DNA of 64,000 bases from an uncultured virus (IMG/VR IMGVR_UViG_3300031839_001922) (Duplodnaviria > Heunggongvirae > Uroviricota > Caudoviricetes): the IMG/VR virus record IMGVR_UViG_3300031839_001922. The stretch is one strand, 5' to 3'. The notes under the pieces were generated by a model that was not told the DNA's origin, did no database searches, and saw only the letters and a list, made by a program, of their open reading frames with translations. Shown piece by piece: positions 7,445-16,562 of this stretch (its first letter is position 1; the number at the start of each line of letters is the position of its first letter). The translations under genes and the position numbers were made by a program.

Positions 7445-8767
7445 TCATTTTATGTTTTTTGTACCAGTTAGAGAATACTGAACTCGATCGGGATTGTTGA
7501 TTTCTCTTTCAATCTCGGCTTTTCTTTGTGAGTATTCTTCTGCGGATACGCCGTACCAATAACGGCCTTTTGATAAAAATTTAGAAACATGCTGGCCTTT
7601 TGTCAAGTTATTTATTTGGTTTAGTGCGGCCTCTTCGCCAAAAAGCCTAGCTCTTTTGACAACTTCTTTTGAGTGTAGATGTAGCTCTTGCGGTGTGTGC
7701 ATCGTTGACGTTTCAGCTAATCTCAACTTTAATATTATCTTTAGCCAATATTCTTGTTCTTCTTTTTCGCTTGTAAACATAGCAGTGCCTGGTATCTCGC
7801 GCTCTTTTCTTACTGTTTTTACTTTCGTGCCATAGCCGCTGTCGAGGCACTTTGTGTAGTTGTCAACTGTATATGTATTGTATTGCCTGTAAAAAGCACT
7901 ATAAAGCGATCGCAGCTTGCTGCCCAGATTTATATATTCCTCCAGGTGGGCCTTATTATAGTAGGTCTCAAAAACATTATCAAAACTGGCCGCGGAGCGG
8001 TCCATGTAAAGCTGGGCGCCGGTTAAAGTATCGTTTTCGTTTTTGTCATTCATGCCAGACGCTAGATTGAACACTAGACGCCAGGGTGCGTTCTTATCGA
8101 CCATGAAGCCAAACTTTTTTGCCTCGTTCACAAAAAATGTGAAATTTCTATCGTTCACGTAATCATATAATCTAGCTTGTTGCTCAATACTATGCGACTC
8201 ATTGCCAATCTCCAGCATCAAGCCTGAAACAAAAGAAGAGCAGTGGCTGGATAGTAAAAAGCCGGTCTTAGTTAACGGGAAAAGCCTGGCTGTTCTTAAA
8301 ACAAACTTTACGAACTCTCTAATAAAATCTTTTTGATTTTTTATTTTCTCGCCTCGCTTATCAATTGGAAGATAGGAATTAACGAAGGTTGTGTAAAGTT
8401 TGTTCAAGTAAGTATCGTAGCTGTACTCCAAATCACCGGTCGTCCAAGACTTGTGCACCCTTAAGTCAGAAGTGTAAAGACTGTCTTTCGAGATAAAGCC
8501 CTTATTGGCCGCAGAGCGCACATTCTTCCTCATATCAGAAAAAGCTGCTTCGACAAAATCTACAACTAAGTGCGTAGTGTTGTTCGCACCTACAATTTGT
8601 CTTAAATTACTGTCGTTTAAGTATACGGCATCACCCTGTTTGTCAATCCTACCATACAATAGGTGCTTATTGTGTAAATCAAAAGTTTTGACACCAGGAA
8701 ATTGAGGATAAAAGTCACTTAATACTCTTTTTGCGACAAATATGTTTTCTACATTGTTTTTCCCCAT
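7445..8767 (-). CDS. hypothetical protein (about 440 aa) at the end of the tail/baseplate operon
   Basis: Long ORF; likely start ATG 8767 (GGGG SD) just after the hub gene stop. Confidence 0.8.
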   Translation of the reverse strand: MGKNNVENIFVAKRVLSDFYPQFPGVKTFDLHNKHLLYGRIDKQGDAVYLNDSNLRQIVGANNTTHLVVDFVEAAFSDMRKNVRSAANKGFISKDSLYTSDLRVHKSWTTGDLEYSYDTYLNKLYTTFVNSYLPIDKRGEKIKNQKDFIREFVKFVLRTARLFPLTKTGFLLSSHCSSFVSGLMLEIGNESHSIEQQARLYDYVNDRNFTFFVNEAKKFGFMVDKNAPWRLVFNLASGMNDKNENDTLTGAQLYMDRSAASFDNVFETYYNKAHLEEYINLGSKLRSLYSAFYRQYNTYTVDNYTKCLDSGYGTKVKTVRKEREIPGTAMFTSEKEEQEYWLKIILKLRLAETSTMHTPQELHLHSKEVVKRARLFGEEAALNQINNLTKGQHVSKFLSKGRYWYGVSAEEYSQRKAEIEREINNPDRVQYSLTGTKNIK

Positions 8768-8777
8768 TTTTTGTCCC

Positions 8778-11483
8778 CTATTGCTGGAATCCTTCAATCT
8801 TTGTTTCGAATTTAGAATTATTTATTGTAATTGTTGTTTTGAGCACCAAGTGATACCCACCCAGATTCATTTTGTAAGCCAGAGAGCTGGCATCCTCTAC
8901 AGAGCCTAACCCTGCAAGACTCGGGTTGACATAATAAAACATTCCGGGTATAAATAGAGTATTACCAATTAAGGTCAGGTCCGTATTATAAGGAAACTTA
9001 AGCTGATCTAATGAATCTGATCCTAAAATTTCACTACCCATTGACCTAGCCTCTGCCAGGCCTGGAACATTAACCCTTTTAAAGTTCATGTTTTTTAGTA
9101 TTCCTACATCCGAGCCGATATTAAAGTGATATATACCGTCTCTTATGTCCTTGTTTGGGTCGCCGCGGCGCTCTGTTATGTCTTCGTGGGATGTGACGTG
9201 CAAAAGCAGATAATCAAAGGAATTTCTGATTAAGCTTTCCGAGGTAGGGGCGGCCTCGCTTACTTTTTTAAAGTATTGCTCCTGAAACATCGTATCGTCA
9301 GTATTGATAACTTGTTTTTTAGGTAAAAGTTCTTGTAGCTTTCTGCTTTCTGTTGGGGCTCCAGGCAGGGTTAAAGAAACAAAATTGTGCCTTGTTCTTG
9401 GGGCTCTATAGTTTTTTGACATTCCAACACCTAGACCTGGCAATACCAAATCCTTTATTAAGGACGTCAAAAAAGCACCCAAAGAAAGTTTTAAATTTTG
9501 AGTTCTCACCACTTTCTTAATAAACCAAGATCTGAACAGGTTAAACGATATTGGCATTTGAGCTAAATTGATTTTTCTTACCCTGTCCTCTGAATCGAGA
9601 TACTCTAGTGGACCAAGAAGCATTCTAGCTGTTTTTAGCGGGTAGTCTAGATCCACGTTATCTTCGTTGTAATATGATCTTTCATTAAACACTAAACTAC
9701 CTTGATTTGCGCCTGGGAAGGGCGACTCTAAATCAAGTCGTCCGATTCCAGCGTTCTTGCATGCTAGCTCAACGATATCCCCCAAAAACATGAAATAAAA
9801 CTTAAAGTTGTTTTTGTCAGCAGACACAATGGGAGCAACTTTTTTATCTTTTTTCTTTTCTGTATCGCCAGTAGGTTTGTCGTTTGATTCAGATTCAGTT
9901 TCAAATTGCAAATCAGATTCTATTGCAGCATTTAGTTCCTTCGTCGTTGCCAGGCCAGTGCCTTCTCTAATAATTTTAAATGAAGCTGGTGCTGCTCCTG
10001 AAGGGTTGTTGGCAGCTGTTGCTATGTCTTCACCAGTTGGGTCGATCCCAGGCTCCTCGGATCCCTCGACTGCTAATGCTTGAACATCTCTAGCTGCAGA
10101 AGAGGCACAAAACAGCCGCGAGCCATTGCCTGTAGGCGAGGTGTTGCCATCAATTATTTGGCCTAAAAAGCTTTGATAGATTTCTTTTTTGTATTGGCCA
10201 ACCCTTTGTTTTATTCGAGTCTGTAGCTTGTCAGCATTATCGTCAGTGGTCAAAAACTTCTGCAGCTTTCCTGTATCGACTACCCTCAAGGTTGTTTTGC
10301 TTGTTTTGTCATATCTTACACCAGTCTCTATGGGAAAGCTCCTGCCAGCGGTAGCAAATTCTTCTTCAAAGATGCCACTAAAAAATCCTGGTGTTTCAAC
10401 TAACTCTTTTACAGTTGTTCTTGCTTTGCATTTGTCGTCTTTGCATGTAGCTTTCTTAAGGCCTCGCATTACTGACCTAAATGTTGTTTGGGCGCCCAGG
10501 ACCGCCGCTGGATGCTCGCTTGAATTAGAGATTGCCAGGGCGTTGTTCGAAGCTGCGGTGCCAGTTCTTATAATATTTTGGAATATGTTGACTTGGTTTG
10601 AAGCAATCGTAGTTTCGATCGCTCCTCTGTATTTAGCAGTTAAATCAACAGATCCGTTGTCTTTGACCGAAAAAGAGTAATCATACAGATTCAAAGACAA
10701 GACTATGTTGTGTCTTTCTATATTTCGTATCGCATCCAGTTCTGCTTTGGATAAGTTTAGGCCACGCAGTTGATTTTCGTCTGGTGCAGTATATCCTAGC
10801 AATACTTTTATGATGTAATGCTTTGGATTGTATGTGTCTGCTAATCTTGTTTTTTTGGCTGCAGTCCATGTAATAAGGTCAACGTATCTAATGCCGCCTT
10901 GTTCGGGGGGTGGTTCACCTGGTGGAGCCGCCTGGATGTCCTTCAAGCTCTTAAATGTTAGATTTAGTGTACAATCAATATTTTGCTCAATCGCGCCGTG
11001 AGTTCGACCATCTTGTGTAAAAGAAAAACTTTTCAAACCGACGTTTCTCCAGCTGGGCTTCGTGGTTTCAAATTTTAAATAATCTTGCACTGTTACTGCG
11101 CGCTCTAAACCGAAAGTGTCAGAGAATTTAATTTCTCTATAAATTGGCACTTGCTTTGATGTGGTTCTCGCGTTATTAGATTCGCCAATTTCATTATTAC
11201 CAGGTGTCTCAAATAAGACCTTGTATAACCTTATCTTGGGGCGCATCAAGGAAAGAGTTGTATTTTTGATTTTATAAAAAACATCAAAATTGTCAATTCC
11301 ACGAAGCCTGTTAACTAGTTTCGCACCATCGCCGTTGACTTGTCTGAAAGTAGCATAATTAAACAAGTTTTGGTTTGCGACAAAATAATTTGCCGCCTTT
11401 GTCAAGTTGCTGGTTAGTATCTCTTGCTCAACGTTAGAGTTATTAACGTCGCTATTGATGTCTTGTTTTTTTACTTCGGCCAT
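8778..11483 (-). CDS. putative baseplate hub protein (gp27/VgrG/gpD-like)
   Basis: Follows the LysM gene; C-terminal LTLIGNTLFIPG...LGGYHLVLKTTITI...FETKIEG is typical of hub proteins. Confidence 0.6.
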   Translation of the reverse strand: MAEVKKQDINSDVNNSNVEQEILTSNLTKAANYFVANQNLFNYATFRQVNGDGAKLVNRLRGIDNFDVFYKIKNTTLSLMRPKIRLYKVLFETPGNNEIGESNNARTTSKQVPIYREIKFSDTFGLERAVTVQDYLKFETTKPSWRNVGLKSFSFTQDGRTHGAIEQNIDCTLNLTFKSLKDIQAAPPGEPPPEQGGIRYVDLITWTAAKKTRLADTYNPKHYIIKVLLGYTAPDENQLRGLNLSKAELDAIRNIERHNIVLSLNLYDYSFSVKDNGSVDLTAKYRGAIETTIASNQVNIFQNIIRTGTAASNNALAISNSSEHPAAVLGAQTTFRSVMRGLKKATCKDDKCKARTTVKELVETPGFFSGIFEEEFATAGRSFPIETGVRYDKTSKTTLRVVDTGKLQKFLTTDDNADKLQTRIKQRVGQYKKEIYQSFLGQIIDGNTSPTGNGSRLFCASSAARDVQALAVEGSEEPGIDPTGEDIATAANNPSGAAPASFKIIREGTGLATTKELNAAIESDLQFETESESNDKPTGDTEKKKDKKVAPIVSADKNNFKFYFMFLGDIVELACKNAGIGRLDLESPFPGANQGSLVFNERSYYNEDNVDLDYPLKTARMLLGPLEYLDSEDRVRKINLAQMPISFNLFRSWFIKKVVRTQNLKLSLGAFLTSLIKDLVLPGLGVGMSKNYRAPRTRHNFVSLTLPGAPTESRKLQELLPKKQVINTDDTMFQEQYFKKVSEAAPTSESLIRNSFDYLLLHVTSHEDITERRGDPNKDIRDGIYHFNIGSDVGILKNMNFKRVNVPGLAEARSMGSEILGSDSLDQLKFPYNTDLTLIGNTLFIPGMFYYVNPSLAGLGSVEDASSLAYKMNLGGYHLVLKTTITINNSKFETKIEGFQQ

Positions 11484-11484
11484 T

Positions 11485-11820
11485 TTAATAACCCATATAG
11501 TATAACACAGTTTCTAGTGGAGTTGGAATATAAATAACATCTCCAAGCTTTGCATGAAATTCTGTTGGCTTTTGGTTGTAGTGTGCGATAACCCACCAAA
11601 GCTCTGGGTCTCCATAATATTCATCTGCCAATTTGAAGTATCTATCTCCAGTCCCCCAGATATGCTTTATGGTAGAAAAATTTGAAGCTTCGCCAGTGTC
11701 TGGGTGCTTTAATCTTGGAGTGTTGAATTGTTTGATTTCTTTGAGGCCACGAGTTTTTTTCAAATACGTTTTATATTGCTCGTCCTCATTAATAAAGATT
11801 TCTTGGTTTTTATATCTCAT
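11485..11820 (-). CDS. baseplate LysM-like protein (T4 gp53 / P2 gpX-like)
   Basis: GDRYFKLADEYYGDPELWWVIAHYN...GDVIYIP. Confidence 0.85.
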   Translation of the reverse strand: MRYKNQEIFINEDEQYKTYLKKTRGLKEIKQFNTPRLKHPDTGEASNFSTIKHIWGTGDRYFKLADEYYGDPELWWVIAHYNQKPTEFHAKLGDVIYIPTPLETVLYYMGY

Positions 11821-11831
11821 TATGGTTTTTC

Positions 11832-12779
11832 CTATTCGTTACTCAAATCGAGAAGGTCGCCAGGATTGTCTTTCGGTGTTGATCCAAGATCTGTCGCTTT
11901 GATATCTACGTCTAGTTGCCGAGCATCTGCGCTGCCTGGGGCAGCTGCGGCTGCGGGGCCTTGGGTGTCATTTTGTATTGTCGCTCCCGCTGTTGGTGTG
12001 TCTGCTGTTTCGCGAACAAGACCAAAATCATATGGGAAGCGAGGACCGGACGTGCCGCCTCTGAATTCTCCAGTGTAAAGATCCCAACCCAACTTGTGGT
12101 CGTGCACAACATTTAGCGTGAAGCTCACCTTTATTAGCTTTGGAATCAGTATGTTTTTGCCTTCATTTACTGTATTTTCGAAACCTGCGGCCTTTATTAC
12201 ATTAGCTATGTCGGATCCAAAAGAAGTGCCTAAATTGTCGACTTTTCCGCCAATAAATCCTTGCTTTACATCGTGTGTCACTGACAAGTTCTGTATGACC
12301 CCTGGGAGGCCTTGGCCGTCGTTTGTTGAAGAGCAGATCAAATTTGCATACCTAACTCTGAACATTGGAGAAGCAGCGATCGAAGTTGCTGTATCGCTTT
12401 CTTTGTAGGTTGGGTAAAGTGACGCTGCGAACCAACTTAAGTTGTTTAGATTGTCCAGGCCCATTGTAACAGAAGAAGCTGGAATTGAAAAGCCAACAGT
12501 AATTGAACGATTGTTTGATTTCCACATGTAATATGGGTCAGTTCTACCAAAAGGCTGTTCGGCCGTTTGTTTTGAGTCGAACTTATCTGATAAATTATCT
12601 AGATAAGCTATAAATTGTATAACTGGTGGGTTTTTTATATGAAGAGGTATGATCTCCAATATAGTGCCGGCTTCAGCAGCTCTACTGTTTTCTAATCCTC
12701 TCTTTTTAAACTTTACGTTGGAGAATTGGTTCTTTTCTCCTCCAAAAGCTGCTTTCTCTACTTGAAAAAATTTTGGCAC
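11832..12779 (-). CDS. putative tail tube initiator / baseplate-tube junction protein
   Basis: Between tape measure and LysM genes; FGRTDP...RSITVGF...LYPTY...PMFRVRY...PKLIKVSFTL resembles gp48/gp54/CIS tube-like folds. Confidence 0.55.
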   Translation of the reverse strand: MPKFFQVEKAAFGGEKNQFSNVKFKKRGLENSRAAEAGTILEIIPLHIKNPPVIQFIAYLDNLSDKFDSKQTAEQPFGRTDPYYMWKSNNRSITVGFSIPASSVTMGLDNLNNLSWFAASLYPTYKESDTATSIAASPMFRVRYANLICSSTNDGQGLPGVIQNLSVTHDVKQGFIGGKVDNLGTSFGSDIANVIKAAGFENTVNEGKNILIPKLIKVSFTLNVVHDHKLGWDLYTGEFRGGTSGPRFPYDFGLVRETADTPTAGATIQNDTQGPAAAAAPGSADARQLDVDIKATDLGSTPKDNPGDLLDLSNE

Positions 12780-12801
12780 TCTATGTTTCTCCCTGTGTTT
12801 A

Positions 12802-14832
12802 TTAAACCATCTCGCTATTCATCCCGGAGACGGCTCGGTCGCTGGTAGCGGCCATCTCGCCCCTGGTAACTTCCAAAGCAACGTCAGCCACCATATTCTG
12901 CATGCTATCGCCTTTAATCTCAATGCCGGTCACAGTTACGGTCGTCTTGCTAGCATCAGCCTGATCGCCGGTGTTGGCTGGGGTCTGGGTAGCTGCCTTA
13001 AGGACGGCGCCGACACCGATGAACGCTTTCGCCCCGCCACGGGCTCGATCGGTCGCTAGCGTAGCGGCGCGTTCCACCTCGTCCTCGGCGCCTCCGAGGG
13101 CCGCGATGCCTTCGCGAGCTGCAACAAAAGTTTTTCCTAAATCACCCTTTAAGGTGCGCGCAGTTTTAATAAGTGAGTTTTTGATAACATTATTATACGA
13201 TTCAGCGGCTCCAGACGCGGCTTCATATGCCTTGACTGCGGCGACACCAAACGAAGAAACGCTAGCCTTTGACTTCTCTTGCATATCCATTCCTTGTTTT
13301 GCTCGCTCAGCCAGGTTTTCTGTGGTCAACGGGCCGGTGTCAACTGCTGCCTTAGCCTCGTCGACTGCTTCTTCGCCGAGAAGCTGTCTTTGGAACTCGG
13401 CTACATTGTCGAAACCTGCGGCAGAAGCGATGATCGATTTATACCTACGGTTAAGAGACTCAAATTCAACACCCGAATTGTTGACGGCTTCAGCGATCAT
13501 ATCAAATTTTTCATCTGGATCGGCATGGGCTAAATCAGTGACAGATATCAAAGTATCACCCAAGACGCCGTTTAGAGTTTGTGCTGCTTTGGCGGCGCCT
13601 TCGAATGTGTCCATCTTCATTGCTATACTAACCAGTTTGCCCATCTCTGCGCCAGTGGCTGCTGATCTTGCCTGCAAGTCAGCGAAGACTTCCGTCATCT
13701 CACTACCGAACTGGGAAAGCGTTGGCATAGCGGACTCAAAATTACCAAAAACCTTATTTATGTCCATTCCAAGAGATGTTGCGATACCCGCCACAGATCT
13801 TAAGCTTTTTCCAGCTTCAACCGGAGCCTTGCCGAAAGCTTTTGTAAATACGTCGATAAGTTTTGCTGATGTTTTAGTTTGGACGCCAACTTTCTTTAAG
13901 CCAGCCACAAGGTTAGCTGTAACCGAGGCAGCTGCCGGCTCATTTTTCAAGAAATCAGCACGGAACAGGCTAGACTCTTGTATGAGAGCAGAGAGTGCTT
14001 CTTTTGAGTCTTCAACAGTAATTCCAATATCGACAAATGGTTGATCGTCAACGCTCAAATTTAATCCATCTAAAGATTCTTGAAAGCCTTCTATTCCTGC
14101 ACGGGCGCCTTCGGGGTCCATGGCAGCCTGAAGGTTGTTTTTGATTGACTCTAGCGGCATACCGGTTGCCTTTACAATACCGGAGAAAGCTTTATCAAAT
14201 TGCACCGGCAGCGCCTGGATGTCTTTGCCGATATCCTGCAGGCTTAGTTGAAATCCTAAAAATTTAGCCAATACCACTTCAGGTAGCGCAGCATTGATAA
14301 GGTCTCCACCTAAACTCATAAAATCGCTGCCGATGGCGGCGATCTGTTTAGCGCTATCAACAACCAATTGCTGCGCAGTGGCGCGTTCTTTGGTGCCCTT
14401 GGTTATTTTTGCTAGTTCACCACTCTCGGTCTTAAGCTGCCTTATTCGCGCATCGGATTCTTTTTTGGACTGTTCATTGATTTTTTTTATTCTATCATGA
14501 ACTTCACTTTGTTTTATACTGGTGGCGAGTCGCGAATTAGCCAACTTTAGCATGGCTTTTTGGTGTTCTATTTCTCTTTGGTGATTTTTAATCTCGCGAT
14601 CATAATAATTTTGACCAATCTCTTTGTTTTTGAGCTGCTTTTCTAGGGCTATTATCTTTTTTTCTTCAAGATCAACTGCTACACGAACAGTCTCCGCGTT
14701 GGTTTCAAGAATATTTCCAGCGGCTTTGATAGCTTGCTGCTGCTGCATAGTCAATTCAGATAACTGTTTTTCAGTCGCTAAAATTTCCTTAGCAATAACT
14801 AGCTTTTTCTCCATTTCTTCTATTGTAGCCAT
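12802..14832 (-). CDS. tape measure protein
   Basis: About 676 aa, Ala/Lys/Glu-rich helical composition; directly after the tail chaperone pair; start ATG 14832 with GAGGTG SD. Confidence 0.75.
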   Translation of the reverse strand: MATIEEMEKKLVIAKEILATEKQLSELTMQQQQAIKAAGNILETNAETVRVAVDLEEKKIIALEKQLKNKEIGQNYYDREIKNHQREIEHQKAMLKLANSRLATSIKQSEVHDRIKKINEQSKKESDARIRQLKTESGELAKITKGTKERATAQQLVVDSAKQIAAIGSDFMSLGGDLINAALPEVVLAKFLGFQLSLQDIGKDIQALPVQFDKAFSGIVKATGMPLESIKNNLQAAMDPEGARAGIEGFQESLDGLNLSVDDQPFVDIGITVEDSKEALSALIQESSLFRADFLKNEPAAASVTANLVAGLKKVGVQTKTSAKLIDVFTKAFGKAPVEAGKSLRSVAGIATSLGMDINKVFGNFESAMPTLSQFGSEMTEVFADLQARSAATGAEMGKLVSIAMKMDTFEGAAKAAQTLNGVLGDTLISVTDLAHADPDEKFDMIAEAVNNSGVEFESLNRRYKSIIASAAGFDNVAEFQRQLLGEEAVDEAKAAVDTGPLTTENLAERAKQGMDMQEKSKASVSSFGVAAVKAYEAASGAAESYNNVIKNSLIKTARTLKGDLGKTFVAAREGIAALGGAEDEVERAATLATDRARGGAKAFIGVGAVLKAATQTPANTGDQADASKTTVTVTGIEIKGDSMQNMVADVALEVTRGEMAATSDRAVSGMNSEMV

Positions 14833-14851
14833 AAAAGACACCTCTATCTAG

Positions 14852-14859
14852 TAAATAGT
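14852..14859 (-). promoter_or_regulatory. late promoter motif ACTATTTA (tape measure operon)
   Basis: Repeated intergenic motif immediately after a terminator. Confidence 0.65.
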
Positions 14860-14867
14860 GACATGCG

Positions 14868-14898
14868 AAAAATAAAAACCGGCTTAGGGGCCGGCTTT
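14868..14898 (-). terminator. intrinsic terminator
   Basis: AAGCCGG-CCCCTAAG-CCGGTT followed by TTTATTTTT. Confidence 0.75.
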
Positions 14899-15049
14899 AT
14901 CTCTCTAACGCTTCTTTTTCAGCTTTTAGTTGCTCTATCAGTTTGTGTACAAACCAACGACGAAGACCAACTGGAAGATTATAAGCTTCCAGAAAACTCC
15001 AGCCGCCTTTGTATTGCAAGAAGAAGAACTGTTCATAAACGTCCTCCAT
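14897..15049 (-). CDS. small tail-assembly chaperone partner (T4 gp51 / lambda gpT-like), 50 aa; probably also a frameshift extension of the upstream gene (absent from the ORF track)
   Basis: Manual translation MEDVYEQFFFLQYKGGWSFLEAYNLPVGLRRWFVHKLIEQLKAEKEALER; the frame is open upstream through the T7 run at 15068-15074. Confidence 0.75.
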   Translation of the reverse strand: MEDVYEQFFFLQYKGGWSFLEAYNLPVGLRRWFVHKLIEQLKAEKEALER

Positions 15050-15056
15050 ATATTCT

Positions 15057-15896
15057 TCACTTAGGCCAAAAAAATTCCGCGGAGAGCGGCACCTCCAGTT
15101 CTTTAAGCGAATAACACGCCTCGCAGCGATAACTCTTTAATAATTTGATAGAAGGCGTAAGCAAAGGAAATAATCCTCGAAGAAATTTTGAATCTCCGGC
15201 TGGCATTACGTCAATAAAGTCCATAACGCTATCAAAGTCTAGGCGTCCATCAACTTTTACCAAAAATAAGCTAAGCAGGCTGGTTACCAGATTCTTGCTA
15301 GTTTCTTTATCAGAGTATTTTCTTTCTTTTCTACCGTCGACCAAACGAAGGCCAACCTGAACTCCAGAGTTTGGCAGGACCAAATCAAAAGTGTTTGTCT
15401 CTCTATTAAAAGAAACGCTATTATCTCTCAAAAATTCTTTATCAAAGCAATTTTCTTGTAAGACAGCGCTCTTTAGATTGTATTCAATTTCATTTGTTGC
15501 AAAACACTCCTCGCAACGAACATTAACATTATATTCACTGCCATAAGCAGAAATTCTTGCGGCAATGAGTATAGCACTGCGATCGCCGACAAGCAAAGTT
15601 GATGGTTCAACGTCAGCAACGATTAGGTTCTCTAATAAACGATCGATAGCTAGGTTCTTTTTTAACAAAGCTTCGGAAGTTAAGATGTCCTCATCCTTCG
15701 CTGTCATGAAGCGTATCTCTATTGCCTCTTGTTTGTAAAAAGGGTGATCTTCTGGATAAAATTCACCTCTAGAGGGAAGTTCGACAAACTCTGTCGGAGC
15801 AGAAAAAGCCAGGGGCGCTGGCTGCGGTGTTGTCGGCACCGTCGTAACAGGCGTAGATTCAGGAGCGCGTCCTGTTCGCCTTTGATTGTTCCTCAT
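15057..15896 (-). CDS. tail/baseplate assembly chaperone (T4 gp26-like)
   Basis: VELPSRG...FMTAKDEDIL...DRSAILIAARISAYG, two CxxC pairs, ends EFFWPK; located between tube and tape measure genes. Confidence 0.8.
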   Translation of the reverse strand: MRNNQRRTGRAPESTPVTTVPTTPQPAPLAFSAPTEFVELPSRGEFYPEDHPFYKQEAIEIRFMTAKDEDILTSEALLKKNLAIDRLLENLIVADVEPSTLLVGDRSAILIAARISAYGSEYNVNVRCEECFATNEIEYNLKSAVLQENCFDKEFLRDNSVSFNRETNTFDLVLPNSGVQVGLRLVDGRKERKYSDKETSKNLVTSLLSLFLVKVDGRLDFDSVMDFIDVMPAGDSKFLRGLFPLLTPSIKLLKSYRCEACYSLKELEVPLSAEFFWPK

Positions 15897-15919
15897 TTAA
15901 ACCTCTCTGAGTTTATATA

Positions 15920-16516
15920 TTAAGTCGCTAGTGGTGTTCCACCTGCCACCGAGCTGTAGGTAGCGTAGTCATAAGTTAAGTTGACAGTGATGTTGATTAG
16001 TTCTTCACTAGCGTAATCTAACGACCCAAACTGAATCTGTGTAATAAACGCGTTCTTTAGTGTCCACTCTTCTAAGATATTAGTCGCATCGATGGCGCCA
16101 ACCACTTCGCCAGGATCTGAGCCGGCTGGGAGGATAACTCCGCCGCCGTCTAGCTGCTTAATTCTAACTTCACCGATGGTACTAGTTGTTCCCACCTTTG
16201 TTACACCAGTTACCAAACCACTTTCGCTGGTTGGAGCAACATAACCAGAATTTAACAGAGCGGCGTAAAACTTGGATCCGACGTTTGGATCAACTGCGTC
16301 GATAAAGCTTACATCGAGCGGCTGCCACTTTACCACTCCAGGAAAATTAAATTGATGATTTAGAACTTGATGCGGAGTCGAACCTAGCTGATAAGAAGGC
16401 TTGGCCGCGGTCTTGACCATGAAAGTTAAGTCTGAAAGTTCCGAGAAAGTAACCAAGAACCTAAAAGCTCTTTTTGGTTGGAATCCTCCGGGTCCTGTGT
16501 CTGAAAAGAATGGCAT
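15920..16516 (-). CDS. tail tube protein (T4 gp19-like)
   Basis: PKRAFRF...PGVVKW...EEWTLKNAF...FGSLDY...LTYDYA; follows the sheath gene. Confidence 0.9.
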   Translation of the reverse strand: MPFFSDTGPGGFQPKRAFRFLVTFSELSDLTFMVKTAAKPSYQLGSTPHQVLNHQFNFPGVVKWQPLDVSFIDAVDPNVGSKFYAALLNSGYVAPTSESGLVTGVTKVGTTSTIGEVRIKQLDGGGVILPAGSDPGEVVGAIDATNILEEWTLKNAFITQIQFGSLDYASEELINITVNLTYDYATYSSVAGGTPLAT

Positions 16517-16540
16517 CTATTTAATCTCCTGTTCCTACTA

Positions 16541-16548
16541 TAAGTAGT
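16541..16548 (-). promoter_or_regulatory. late promoter motif ACTACTTA (tail tube)
   Basis: Repeated intergenic motif. Confidence 0.6.
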
Positions 16549-16562
16549 GTGGTTAATTTATT

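Noticed and set aside
12971..14044. 357-aa plus-strand ORF
   Set aside because: Antisense shadow of the Ala-rich tape measure gene; Ser/Ala-biased, no motif. The same applies to the other plus-strand ORFs in the track.
14863..15114. 83-aa plus-strand ORF with hydrophobic N-terminus
   Set aside because: Overlaps the better-supported minus-strand gp51-like ORF and its terminator.
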